From NCBI GenBank assembly GCA_035640175.1, contig DASQWQ010000294.1, positions 1 to 45,243 on the forward strand: DNA of 45,243 nt, given 5' to 3'. Below are positions 18,569-26,347 of this stretch, in pieces. A model generated the notes under the pieces. The model was not told the origin of the DNA. It saw nothing but the letters and a program-made list of their open reading frames with translations, and searched no databases. This DNA comes from Rubrobacter sp. GTDB taxonomy: Bacteria; Actinomycetota; Rubrobacteria; Rubrobacterales; Rubrobacteraceae. A program made the position numbers and the translations under genes. Numbering within the stretch: the first letter of the stretch is position 1; the number at the start of each line of letters is the position of its first letter.

Positions 18569-19801
18569 ATGGCTGTTACGTCAAAGCGGACGCACCGGGA
18601 GAAGCGGCCTGTTGACCTTATAGACGTTGGCAGTCTGCTCTCGGATGAGGAGAAACGGGTCAGGGACCGGGTCCGCGAGTTCGTGGACCGTGAGGTCATC
18701 CCGGTCGCGGCGGATTACTGGGACAGGGCGCAGTTCCCTTTCGGGCTCCTCCCTGGCCTCGGGGAGCTCGGCCTCATGGGCGGCACGCTACCTGAGGAAT
18801 ATGGCTGCGCCGGCTGGAACAACGTCGCTTACGGCTTCGCAATAGCCGAGCTGGCGCGCGGGTCTGGTAGCCTGGCCACTTTCTTGCACGTCCAGAGCGG
18901 GCTCGCGATGACGGCCATACACGAGTTGGGCTCCGAGGAGCAGAAGCGGCGCTGGCTGCCGCCTATGGCCAGGTGCGAGAAGATCGGCTGCTTCGGCTTG
19001 ACAGAACCAGGAGCAGGAAGCGACCCTGGCTCTTTGAGTACAACGGCCGTAGAGAAGGAGGGCGGCTACGTATTGAGCGGCGAGAAGAAATGGATCGGCA
19101 ACGCCTCCTTCTCGGATGTAGCCGTGATCTGGGCCAAAACAGACGAAGGTAAGATCTCCGGTTTTCTCGTCGAGACCGAGAATCCAGGGTTCCATGCCGA
19201 AGTCCTACCCCGCAAGGCCTCCCAGCGCGCCGCCTGGCAGACACAGATTACGCTCGAAGAGTGCCACGTGCCCGAGGGCGCCAGGCTGCCGAAAGCAGGG
19301 GGCCTTGGCTCCACCCTCTCGATCCTGACGCACTCTCGCTACGGCGTGGGGTGGGACGGGCTCGGGCAGGCGGCTGATTGCTACGAAGTCGCTCTGGAGT
19401 ACGCGAAAGAGCGGGAGCAGTTCGGGCGGCCCATAGCTTCGTTCCAGCTCGTCCAGCAGAAGCTCGTCGAGATGGTCAATGAGATCTCCCTCAGCCAACT
19501 CCTCTCCATCCACGTCGGACGCCTCAAGGACGCAGGAGGGCTCGACCCCGCCACGGTCTCGATGTTCAAGATGAACAACGTCGCCAAGGCGCGCCAGATC
19601 GCGGCCACGGCACGCGAGGTCCTGGGGGGCAACGGCATCCTACTCGACTACCGGGTGATGGAGCACATGGCCGACATCGAGGGCGTCTACACCTACGAGG
19701 GAACCAACGACGTCAACACCCTTATAGTAGGCCAGGCCATAACGGGCCACCGAGCCTTCTCCCCCGAGCCACCGCAACGTGCCGAAGAGAAAAAGGGGTA
19801 G
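18569..19801 (+). CDS. Acyl-CoA dehydrogenase (glutaryl-CoA DH/ACX4-like branch)
   Basis: GCFGLTEPGAGSDP, GEKKWIGN, REQFGRPIASFQLVQQKL, LGGNGI, TYEGT. ATG follows GGAGGG. Confidence 0.92.
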   Translation: MAVTSKRTHREKRPVDLIDVGSLLSDEEKRVRDRVREFVDREVIPVAADYWDRAQFPFGLLPGLGELGLMGGTLPEEYGCAGWNNVAYGFAIAELARGSGSLATFLHVQSGLAMTAIHELGSEEQKRRWLPPMARCEKIGCFGLTEPGAGSDPGSLSTTAVEKEGGYVLSGEKKWIGNASFSDVAVIWAKTDEGKISGFLVETENPGFHAEVLPRKASQRAAWQTQITLEECHVPEGARLPKAGGLGSTLSILTHSRYGVGWDGLGQAADCYEVALEYAKEREQFGRPIASFQLVQQKLVEMVNEISLSQLLSIHVGRLKDAGGLDPATVSMFKMNNVAKARQIAATAREVLGGNGILLDYRVMEHMADIEGVYTYEGTNDVNTLIVGQAITGHRAFSPEPPQRAEEKKG

Positions 19802-19926
19802 GACCGAAGAGAGGCCGGTGACCAGGAGGCCGTATAGCGATGGAAAGGCATGCGATTGTCGCATTCAAGGACGTGCCTCGCGTGCCCATCAACCCGCTGG
19901 CATTCTTCCCGAACGGGTCGTTCTGA

Positions 19927-19961
19927 CAAACGAAAGGGCCGAGGCGTTGAGCCTCGGCCCT
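19927..19961 (-). terminator. Intrinsic terminator downstream of phaA
   Basis: Minus strand AGGGCCGAGGC-TCAAC-GCCTCGGCCCT followed by TTCGTTTG. Confidence 0.65.
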
Positions 19962-19962
19962 G

Positions 19963-19993
19963 GCTGATAAGCTGAAGTGCTGACTAGCTGACT
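19963..19993. repeat. TCAGC repeat locus I overlapping the phaA stop codon
   Basis: Minus strand GTCAGCTAG-TCAGCACT-TCAGCTTA-TCAGC, with an 8-nt period. Confidence 0.8.
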
Positions 19994-21198
19994 CGCTCAA
20001 ATATCGCGGCTATGCCCATTCCGCCGCCGATGCAGAGCGTCACCAGGCCGTACTGGCCGCCCGTGCGGGCGAGGTGGTGAAGTATCTTGACGGTCAGGAC
20101 GGCGCCTGTGGCCCCGATGGGGTGTCCGAAGGCCACTGCCCCGCCTACCGGGTTCATCTTCTCTGCGGGTACCTCGAGCGTACGCTCGACGGCGATCGCT
20201 ATGGAGGCGAAGGCCTCGTTCGCCTCGACAGCGTCGAGGTCGTCGACCGAGAGCCCGGCCTTCTTGAGGGCCAGCCTGGAGGCTGGGATCATACCCGTAC
20301 CCATAACCGAAGGATCGACCCCGGCCACGGCCGCGGAGACCAGCCTGCCCGCCACGGGCATCCCAAGCTCCTCGGCCTTGCGCTCGTTGCTCACGAGCAT
20401 CATGGCCGCCCCGTCGTTGATGCCCGAAGCGTTGGCGGCCGTTACCGTACCGCCGTCTTTCTTGAAGACCGGCTTCAGCTTCTGAAGGCCTTCCACGCTC
20501 GCGTTCGCGCGGATGTGCTCGTCCGTGGTGAACTGGACGGTCTCCTTCTTCTGCTTGACCTCGACGGGCACGATCTGGCCGTCGAATAGCTCCTCGTCGT
20601 GAGCCTTGGCGGCCCGCTGATGGCTGCGCACGGCGTAGGCGTCGGAGTCCTCGCGGGTTATGCCGTACTCCTCGGCGACGTTCTCGGCCGTCACGCCCAT
20701 GTGGTAGTCGTTGAAGACGTCCCACAGGCCGTCGTAGACCAGGTGGTCGTAGATATCGGCTTTGGGCATCCCCATCCTGTAGCCGTAACGGCCTTTATCC
20801 AGCAGGAACGGCGCCATGTCCATGTTCTCGATGCCGCCGGCCAGAATCACGTCGGCGTCGCCTAGGGCTATCTCCTGCGCCGCAGAGACTATGGCCTGAA
20901 GCCCCGAGCCGCACATCCTGTTCAGGGTCATGCCGGGGACCTTCACGGGGAGGCCGCTCTTTATTCCGACCTGGCGACCGGGGTTCATGCCCTGGCCTGC
21001 GGAGAGGATGTTGCCGACTATTACCTGGTCGACCTGGTCTCCCTCGATCCCTGCGCGAGAGAGGACCTCTTTGCCGACCGTGGCCCCTAGTTCCGTCGCA
21101 GGCGTGTCCTTGAGCGAACCGCCGAAAGTCCCTATCCCCGTCCTGAGGGGCGTCGAGATGACTATCTCGCCGATACCGTTACCGTTGCCGAAGCTCAC
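19984..21198 (-). CDS. phaA: Acetyl-CoA acetyltransferase (beta-ketothiolase)
   Basis: NRMCGSG, TAANASGINDGAA, EANEAFA, GHPIGATG, LCIGGGMG. Located in the PHA locus. Confidence 0.92.
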   Translation of the reverse strand: MSFGNGNGIGEIVISTPLRTGIGTFGGSLKDTPATELGATVGKEVLSRAGIEGDQVDQVIVGNILSAGQGMNPGRQVGIKSGLPVKVPGMTLNRMCGSGLQAIVSAAQEIALGDADVILAGGIENMDMAPFLLDKGRYGYRMGMPKADIYDHLVYDGLWDVFNDYHMGVTAENVAEEYGITREDSDAYAVRSHQRAAKAHDEELFDGQIVPVEVKQKKETVQFTTDEHIRANASVEGLQKLKPVFKKDGGTVTAANASGINDGAAMMLVSNERKAEELGMPVAGRLVSAAVAGVDPSVMGTGMIPASRLALKKAGLSVDDLDAVEANEAFASIAIAVERTLEVPAEKMNPVGGAVAFGHPIGATGAVLTVKILHHLARTGGQYGLVTLCIGGGMGIAAIFERVS

Positions 21199-21304
21199 CT
21201 TTTCTCCTTCCGTCTACTCTCGTTATAGAGGATACATCAAAAGACAAGACCCAGACCATACAGCCCGGGCCTCTCCATACACTCTTCAGCGCACTGCCCT
21301 TCGA

Positions 21305-21475
21305 TTACTGGTTGCCCCTGTAATAGGAGAACATGGAGTCCGGGCAGTCCATGCAGGAGTTGACCGACTCCTGGGCCGAGACGGAGCGATCCGCGATCGA
21401 CTGGTAGGATTCCTTCAGCACATCGGCGAACTCATCACCCGCTTCGTTTACCTATCTCTGCTGCTTCTGATCCAC
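21305..21475 (-). pseudogene. Degenerate phasin paralog (in-frame TAG plus internal deletion)
   Basis: Manual translation MDQKQQR*VNEAGDEFADVLKESYQSIADRSVSAQESVNSCMDCPDSMFSYYRGNQ aligns to both ends of 21613-21945. RBS AGAGGA. Not in the ORF track. Confidence 0.7.
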
Positions 21476-21516
21476 GATCACAATTCCTCTTTCTCAGTCT
21501 ACATACGTACTGATCG

Positions 21517-21541
21517 TTACCCGATATCAGGGCCGCGAAAC
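21517..21541 (-). promoter_or_regulatory. Possible SigB/SigF-type promoter
   Basis: Minus strand GTTT-N15-GGGTAA, about 40 nt upstream of the phasin pseudogene. Confidence 0.4.
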
Positions 21542-21554
21542 ATCAGAGAAATGC

Positions 21555-21586
21555 AAAAGAAAGGAGCGGACCCGAAAGTCCGCCCC
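21555..21586 (-). terminator. Intrinsic terminator of phaQ-phaP
   Basis: Minus strand GGGGCGGAC-TTTCGG-GTCCGCTCC followed by TTTCTTTT. Confidence 0.8.
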
Positions 21587-21612
21587 AAAGCTTTGACCCT
21601 ATTGGCTAAGCC

Positions 21613-21945
21613 CTACCTGGTGGTCTTCCTCGCAGCCTCCAGGCCCTCCTTGTAGTAGGTGAAGGGCGCGTAAGCGAGGTCCATGTAGGCGTCGATGGAC
21701 TGCTCGACGAGGGTCTGGTACGCGTCGCGCTGGTCCTCAGCGCGCTCGAAGAGCTCGCCCATAACACTGCGGTTGCTCTCGGCCTGGTGGCGGAGCTCCT
21801 TGATGGTACCGTCCACCATCCCCTGCGCGAACCTGACGTTCCGCTCCTGGAGGCCGACCGCGTGATCCACAACCGTCTGGTAGGAGTCCCGCGTGGTCTC
21901 AGCGAGCCTCTCCACAGCCCTGTTGGTCTTCTGCGTAGTAGCCAT
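21613..21945 (-). CDS. Putative phasin (PHA granule protein)
   Basis: 110-aa helical, amphipathic-looking protein directly after phaQ, as in the Bacillus phaQP arrangement. RBS AAGGAG. Confidence 0.65.
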   Translation of the reverse strand: MATTQKTNRAVERLAETTRDSYQTVVDHAVGLQERNVRFAQGMVDGTIKELRHQAESNRSVMGELFERAEDQRDAYQTLVEQSIDAYMDLAYAPFTYYKEGLEAARKTTR

Positions 21946-21975
21946 CTATATCTCCTTTCTCGCGTGAGACGCGAA

Positions 21976-22407
21976 CTACTCGCTACTCTCTTCGTCGTTC
22001 TTGTCTTGCAACGGCCTGCCCGTGTACAGCCGGAAGAAGTTGTCCATCGTGTGCTGGTACTGCTCCAGCGACTTGGCCCAGAAGTCGAGGTAGGTCCTCC
22101 CCGCGTCCGTGATGGTGTACATCCTGCGCGCAGGCCCACCCCTCGAGGTCTCCCAACTGGACTCGACGATGCCCTCTTTCTCCATCTGCCGTAGCGTCCT
22201 GTAGAGCGTTCCCGGGTTCATCGCCTCGAACCCGAAGGCCGAAGCCCGCTCCATGAGCTCGTACCCGTAGGAGTTCCACTCCCGCAGTGATAGCAGGATC
22301 ACCGGCACCAGCCAGTTCCTCGGCCGCGCCTCAACCCCACGGTACCCTCGCTTCCTGCCTCCTGCCTCGTGCTCCTGCTCTTCGTTGTTCATGATTCTCT
22401 CTTCCAT
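21976..22407 (-). CDS. phaQ: PHB-responsive PadR-family repressor PhaQ
   Basis: PRNWLVPVILLSLREWNSYGY, GTLYRTLRQMEKEG, WETSRGGPARRMY and EQYQHTMDNFFRLY resemble Bacillus PhaQ as recalled. The start may instead be the ATG at 22392. Confidence 0.82.
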   Translation of the reverse strand: MEERIMNNEEQEHEAGGRKRGYRGVEARPRNWLVPVILLSLREWNSYGYELMERASAFGFEAMNPGTLYRTLRQMEKEGIVESSWETSRGGPARRMYTITDAGRTYLDFWAKSLEQYQHTMDNFFRLYTGRPLQDKNDEESSE

Positions 22408-22411
22408 AACC

Positions 22412-22446
22412 TATGTGCATTTTACATATAGATATCGGTCTGTCAA
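22412..22446 (-). promoter_or_regulatory. phaQ sigma-70 promoter with overlapping inverted-repeat operator
   Basis: TTGACA (22446-22441), 16 bp, TAAAAT (22424-22419). TATGT-N7-ACATA at 22412-22428 covers the -10. Confidence 0.75.
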
Positions 22447-23023
22447 GGGTTGGGTGGGCCTTTAGTCTCTGATCGTCCCTTTTATTATTGGAACACCGCC
22501 CCGACGTTGGACTTCATATGAACCTCATATGGCCATGCTCCGAGAATATTTGTCTATCGAACATAGATACGCAGTACATCTTAGCCCATCTCGGGTCATC
22601 TTTCGGACGGTAGTGTCGGAGAAGAACGGGATGTGGGGGTCCTCGAGGATCTCCATAGTCCGGTTACTCGGTCAGGCGTTGTCTGCGCTCTAGGGCCAGA
22701 ACTCGCCGCTTGCCGCCATCACAGTATTAATCGAAATTACTTCGAAAGGTGCATGACTGGCCCTGGGTAGCGATGTGACCTAGACGTACTCCGTACAAGG
22801 AGAGGGAACCGGTGTCCGTGGCTACTCCTTTCCCATTCTCCAACTATCACCTCACGCGGGCGTCGGTTCTATCTCTACCAGCATCGACCTCCGGTACGTT
22901 CCCAGAAAACTGCTGTAGCCTGATACCTGAAGCCGAACTTACGTGCGCCTGGTACCTAGTTTGCTTCTGATTTCTCCAGTCAATAAACTCCGATTCACAT
23001 GTAAGCGGGAAAAGGAGGATAGC

Positions 23024-23773
23024 GTGGGCACCTTGAAAGAAGCCGTTGTCGTCGTAACCGGCGCGAGCAGGGGTCTTGGCAAAGCCATAGCGGAGGAGTT
23101 GGCTGAGGGGGGGGCCAAAGTCGTTGTCAACTACTCCAGGAGCAAGGAGCCGGCCGAGGAGTTGGTCGAGCAGATCTCGGAAGGCGGTGGAGAGGCTATC
23201 GCGGTTCAGGCCGACGTCTCGGATCCAGAGCAGGCCCAGAACCTCATAGATCAAGCGATAGAGAGGTTCAACAGGGTAGACGTCCTGGTCAACAACGCAG
23301 GAATCAACATAGACCGCACGCTCAGGAAGCTCTCCGTCGACGACTGGGACAAGGTCATCCAGGTAGACCTCAACAGCGCCTTCTACACGGTCCACGCGGT
23401 GTTGCCGCACATGACGGACCAGGGCGGGGGCAAGATCATCAACATGAGCTCCTTCGTAGGCGAGGCCGGCAACATAGGCCAGGCCAACTACTCGGCGGCC
23501 AAGGCCGGATTGCTCGGCTTCACCAAGACGGCCGCCCAGGAACTGGCCCGGTTCGGGATCACCGTAAACGCCATCTCCCCCGGATTCATAGAGACCGATA
23601 TGGTCGCCAACATCCCCGAGGAAGCCCAACAGAAGCTCCGCAAACAGGTGCCCCTAGGCCGCTTCGGGAAGCCGGATGAGGTCGCCAGGGCCGTCCGCTA
23701 CCTGATAGTAGACGGTGACTACATCACAGGCCAGTCTATCGACATAAACGGCGGTATCTACATCAGGACTTGA
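23024..23773 (+). CDS. phaB: Acetoacetyl-CoA reductase (SDR)
   Basis: TGASRGLG, NNAGINIDRT, GNIGQANYSAAK, PGFIETDM, NGGIY. GTG follows AAGGAGG. PHA context supports the symbol. Confidence 0.8.
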   Translation: MGTLKEAVVVVTGASRGLGKAIAEELAEGGAKVVVNYSRSKEPAEELVEQISEGGGEAIAVQADVSDPEQAQNLIDQAIERFNRVDVLVNNAGINIDRTLRKLSVDDWDKVIQVDLNSAFYTVHAVLPHMTDQGGGKIINMSSFVGEAGNIGQANYSAAKAGLLGFTKTAAQELARFGITVNAISPGFIETDMVANIPEEAQQKLRKQVPLGRFGKPDEVARAVRYLIVDGDYITGQSIDINGGIYIRT

Positions 23774-23779
23774 CAGGAG

Positions 23780-23814
23780 GTAAGTCGCCCCGCCCACGGG
23801 CGGGGCTTCCTGAC
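23780..23814. other. GC hairpin after phaB (terminator-like or IS200/IS605 end-like)
   Basis: GTAAGTC-GCCCCGCC-CACG-GGCGGGGC-TTCCTGAC. No U-tract. Confidence 0.4.
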
Positions 23815-23904
23815 CGGTTGTGTGATCCTGTAGACAGGCAGGCCACCCCGAAACCCATACGATCCCGCCAGAGAGCCGGTAGATAATGCATCCAAAGATG
23901 TACA

Positions 23905-23923
23905 TATCTGTTCTGGACACATA
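23905..23923 (+). promoter_or_regulatory. Candidate PhaQ operator upstream of the second SDR
   Basis: TATCTGT-TCTGGAC-ACATA, with the same spacing as the sites at 9641, 22412 and 22549. Confidence 0.5.
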
Positions 23924-24017
23924 AGTTCATTGCGTATACAATTAAATGCCATGTAACAAAGACGACACCCTCTTTGGGTGTAGATAGTAGTGTTTCCTAA
24001 CCGAGAGAGGTGGACCT

Positions 24018-24785
24018 TTGAGGCTTGACGGACGTACGGCAGTTGTAACGGGGGCTGCCCGCGGCATCGGGGCGGCTGAGGCCATCAGGCTGGCGCAGGA
24101 GGGGGCGAACGTAGCGGTCCTGGATCTGGCGGCGGAGGCATGTCAGGAGACGGTGGAGGCCGTCGAGGCTGCGGGGTCCGAGGCGATTGCGATCTCCTGC
24201 GACGTATCGAGTGCGCAGCAGGTCGAGAAGGCGTTCGAGGAGATCGCTAACCGCTTTGGACGGATCGACATTCTCGTCAACAACGCCGGGCTGTTGCGTG
24301 ACAACCTCTCGTTCAAGATGAGCGAGGACGACTGGGACAAGGTGCTCGACGTGCACCTCAAGGGCAGCTTCCTCTGTTCCAAGGCTGCGCAGAAGTACAT
24401 GGTCGATCAGGAGTACGGCAAGATCGTGATGACTAGTTCCATCGTGGCTCTGGGGAACAAGGGGCAGGCCAACTACTCCGCGGCGAAGGCCGGCCTTCAG
24501 GCGCTCGCGCGGACGCTGGCGCTCGAGCTCGGGCGTTTCAACGTCAACGTCAACGCTGTGGCTCCCGGTTGGATCGAGACCGAGATGACCAAGGAAGCGG
24601 CCGAGCGGGTCGGGATGACCATGGAGGAGATGAAGGACCGCTTCGCCAAAAACATCCCCCTCAAGCGCTTCGGGAGGGTGGATGACATAGCCAACGTCGT
24701 CGCCTTCCTCGTTTCGGACGACGCCTCATATATCAGCGGCGAGACCATCTACGTCGCCGGCGGTCCCTCCAGTTCGGTGATTTGA
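24018..24785 (+). CDS. 3-oxoacyl-ACP/CoA reductase (FabG-like SDR)
   Basis: TGAARGIG, NNAGLLRD, GQANYSAAK, PGWIETEM. Confidence 0.9.
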   Translation: MRLDGRTAVVTGAARGIGAAEAIRLAQEGANVAVLDLAAEACQETVEAVEAAGSEAIAISCDVSSAQQVEKAFEEIANRFGRIDILVNNAGLLRDNLSFKMSEDDWDKVLDVHLKGSFLCSKAAQKYMVDQEYGKIVMTSSIVALGNKGQANYSAAKAGLQALARTLALELGRFNVNVNAVAPGWIETEMTKEAAERVGMTMEEMKDRFAKNIPLKRFGRVDDIANVVAFLVSDDASYISGETIYVAGGPSSSVI

Positions 24786-24890
24786 AGCATTTCAGCTTGT
24801 CAGCATGCCGCCTTCGACAGCTTGTCAGCTAGTCAGCATTTCGGCTGGTCAGCTTTGGGCGGGGAGAAGGGCTCTGCCCTTTCGCTTTCG
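24785..24890. repeat. TCAGC repeat locus J with degenerate hairpin
   Basis: AGCATTTCAGCTTGTCAGCATGCCGCCTTCGACAGCTTGTCAGCTAGTCAGCATTTCGGCTGGTCAGC closely matches 15371-15417. An eroded GAAGGGC/GCCCTTTC hairpin follows. Confidence 0.8.
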
Positions 24891-24984
24891 TCGGGGGTTG
24901 TGCGGAGGCTGGATCGCGGGTTTTCAACCAACGCAGGATCGGTTTCTCTACACAAGACCTGTAGCCTGAAACCTGTTGCCTTCA

Positions 24985-26202
24985 TTATCGAAAAGCTGGG
25001 ATGCCTGTGATGGCGCCGCCGAGGATGAGGGTGTGTACCTCGTCTGTACCCTCGTAGGTCCTTACACTCTCCAGGTTGCTCATGTGGCGCATTGGGGGAT
25101 AGTCAAGCGTGACACCGTTGCCGCCGAAGACGGTGCGGGCCTCGCGCGCTACCTCTATGGCTTCCCTGACGTTGTTTAGCTTGCCGAAGCTTATGTGCTC
25201 GGGTCTGAGCGTGCCCGCATCCTTCATCCTGCCTATATGAAGCGCGAGGAGTGTCCCCTTGCCGATCTCGATCAGCATGTTCGCAAGCTTCTGCTGGACG
25301 AGCTGGAAGGATGCAATGGGCCGTCCGAACTGCTCCCGTTCTCCCGCGTAGGCGAGCGCGGCTTCGTAGCAGTCCCGCGCCGCCCCCATCGCGCCCCAGA
25401 CAATGCCGTATCTAGCCTCGTCCAGGCAGGCGAATGGTCCGCCGAGGCCCCTGGCCTCGGGCAGCATCTCGCCCTCGGGAAGTCGGACGTCTTGGAGTTG
25501 GATGTCACACTGGATCGAAGCCCGCATCGAGAGCTTGGGGGTTATGTCTGTGGCCGAGAAGCCTTCCGTATTAGTGGGGACGAGAAAGCCGCGGACGGGG
25601 TTCTTCTCTTCGTCCGTGCGCGCCCAGACGACGGCGACGTCGGCGATGGTGGCTAGCCCGATCCAACGCTTCTCCCCGTTCAAGACCCAGTCGGAGCCCT
25701 CCTTGCTAGCGAAGGTCTTCATGCTCGCGGGGTCTGAGCCCGCTGTCGGTTCGGTGAGGCCGAAACAGCCGATCGCCTCTCCCCTCGCCATCGGTGGCAG
25801 CCAGGTCTGTTTTTGCTCCTCTGACCCGAACTTGTGGATGGCGCTCATGGCGAGCGAGCCCTGCACGCTCACGAAGGTCCTCAGGCCGGAGTCGCCAGCC
25901 TCGAGCTCCATGCATGCTAGGCCGTACTCGACCGCGCTCTTGCCCGCACACCCGTAGCCGGAGAGGTGCATCCCGAGCAGGCCAAGTTCAGCAAACTCGG
26001 GTACGATCTCCCTGGGGAAGACGGCCTCATCGTACCACCCTTCGATGTTCGGTTTGATCCTCTCTTGTACGAAGGATCGGACCCTCTCCCTGACACCCCT
26101 CTCCTCTTCGGAGAGGTGGTCGTCGATGTTCAGGAGATCTATCGGATCGGGGCGAGCCGAGGAGCCGGCACTATTGTCTCTTCCGGCCTGGGTCACAGCC
26201 AT
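24985..26202 (-). CDS. Glutaryl-CoA dehydrogenase-like acyl-CoA dehydrogenase
   Basis: DSGLRTFVSVQGSL (Arg retained), GCFGLTEP, ARYGIVWG, GGNGV, TYEGT. Confidence 0.88.
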   Translation of the reverse strand: MAVTQAGRDNSAGSSARPDPIDLLNIDDHLSEEERGVRERVRSFVQERIKPNIEGWYDEAVFPREIVPEFAELGLLGMHLSGYGCAGKSAVEYGLACMELEAGDSGLRTFVSVQGSLAMSAIHKFGSEEQKQTWLPPMARGEAIGCFGLTEPTAGSDPASMKTFASKEGSDWVLNGEKRWIGLATIADVAVVWARTDEEKNPVRGFLVPTNTEGFSATDITPKLSMRASIQCDIQLQDVRLPEGEMLPEARGLGGPFACLDEARYGIVWGAMGAARDCYEAALAYAGEREQFGRPIASFQLVQQKLANMLIEIGKGTLLALHIGRMKDAGTLRPEHISFGKLNNVREAIEVAREARTVFGGNGVTLDYPPMRHMSNLESVRTYEGTDEVHTLILGGAITGIPAFR

Positions 26203-26347
26203 CTTCTCACCTCTCTGGGAGCCTCACCATCGACCCCGGATTATTCCACAGCGCTCATCTACGCGTTGCGAAAGCCTTCTCTGTCACAGAGCATCAGGGA
26301 GGTTCTGCTGGCTGGCCGCTGTGGAGAGACCGGGCTACACGTGGCGC

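Noticed and set aside
21215-21245. PhaQ operator before phaA
   Set aside because: Only one half-site matches (GATGT-N7-ATAAC on the minus strand).
22570-22990. Small gene or sRNA between phaQ and phaB
   Set aside because: Frames contain several stops and no recognisable motif or stable structure. It may be eroded coding DNA.
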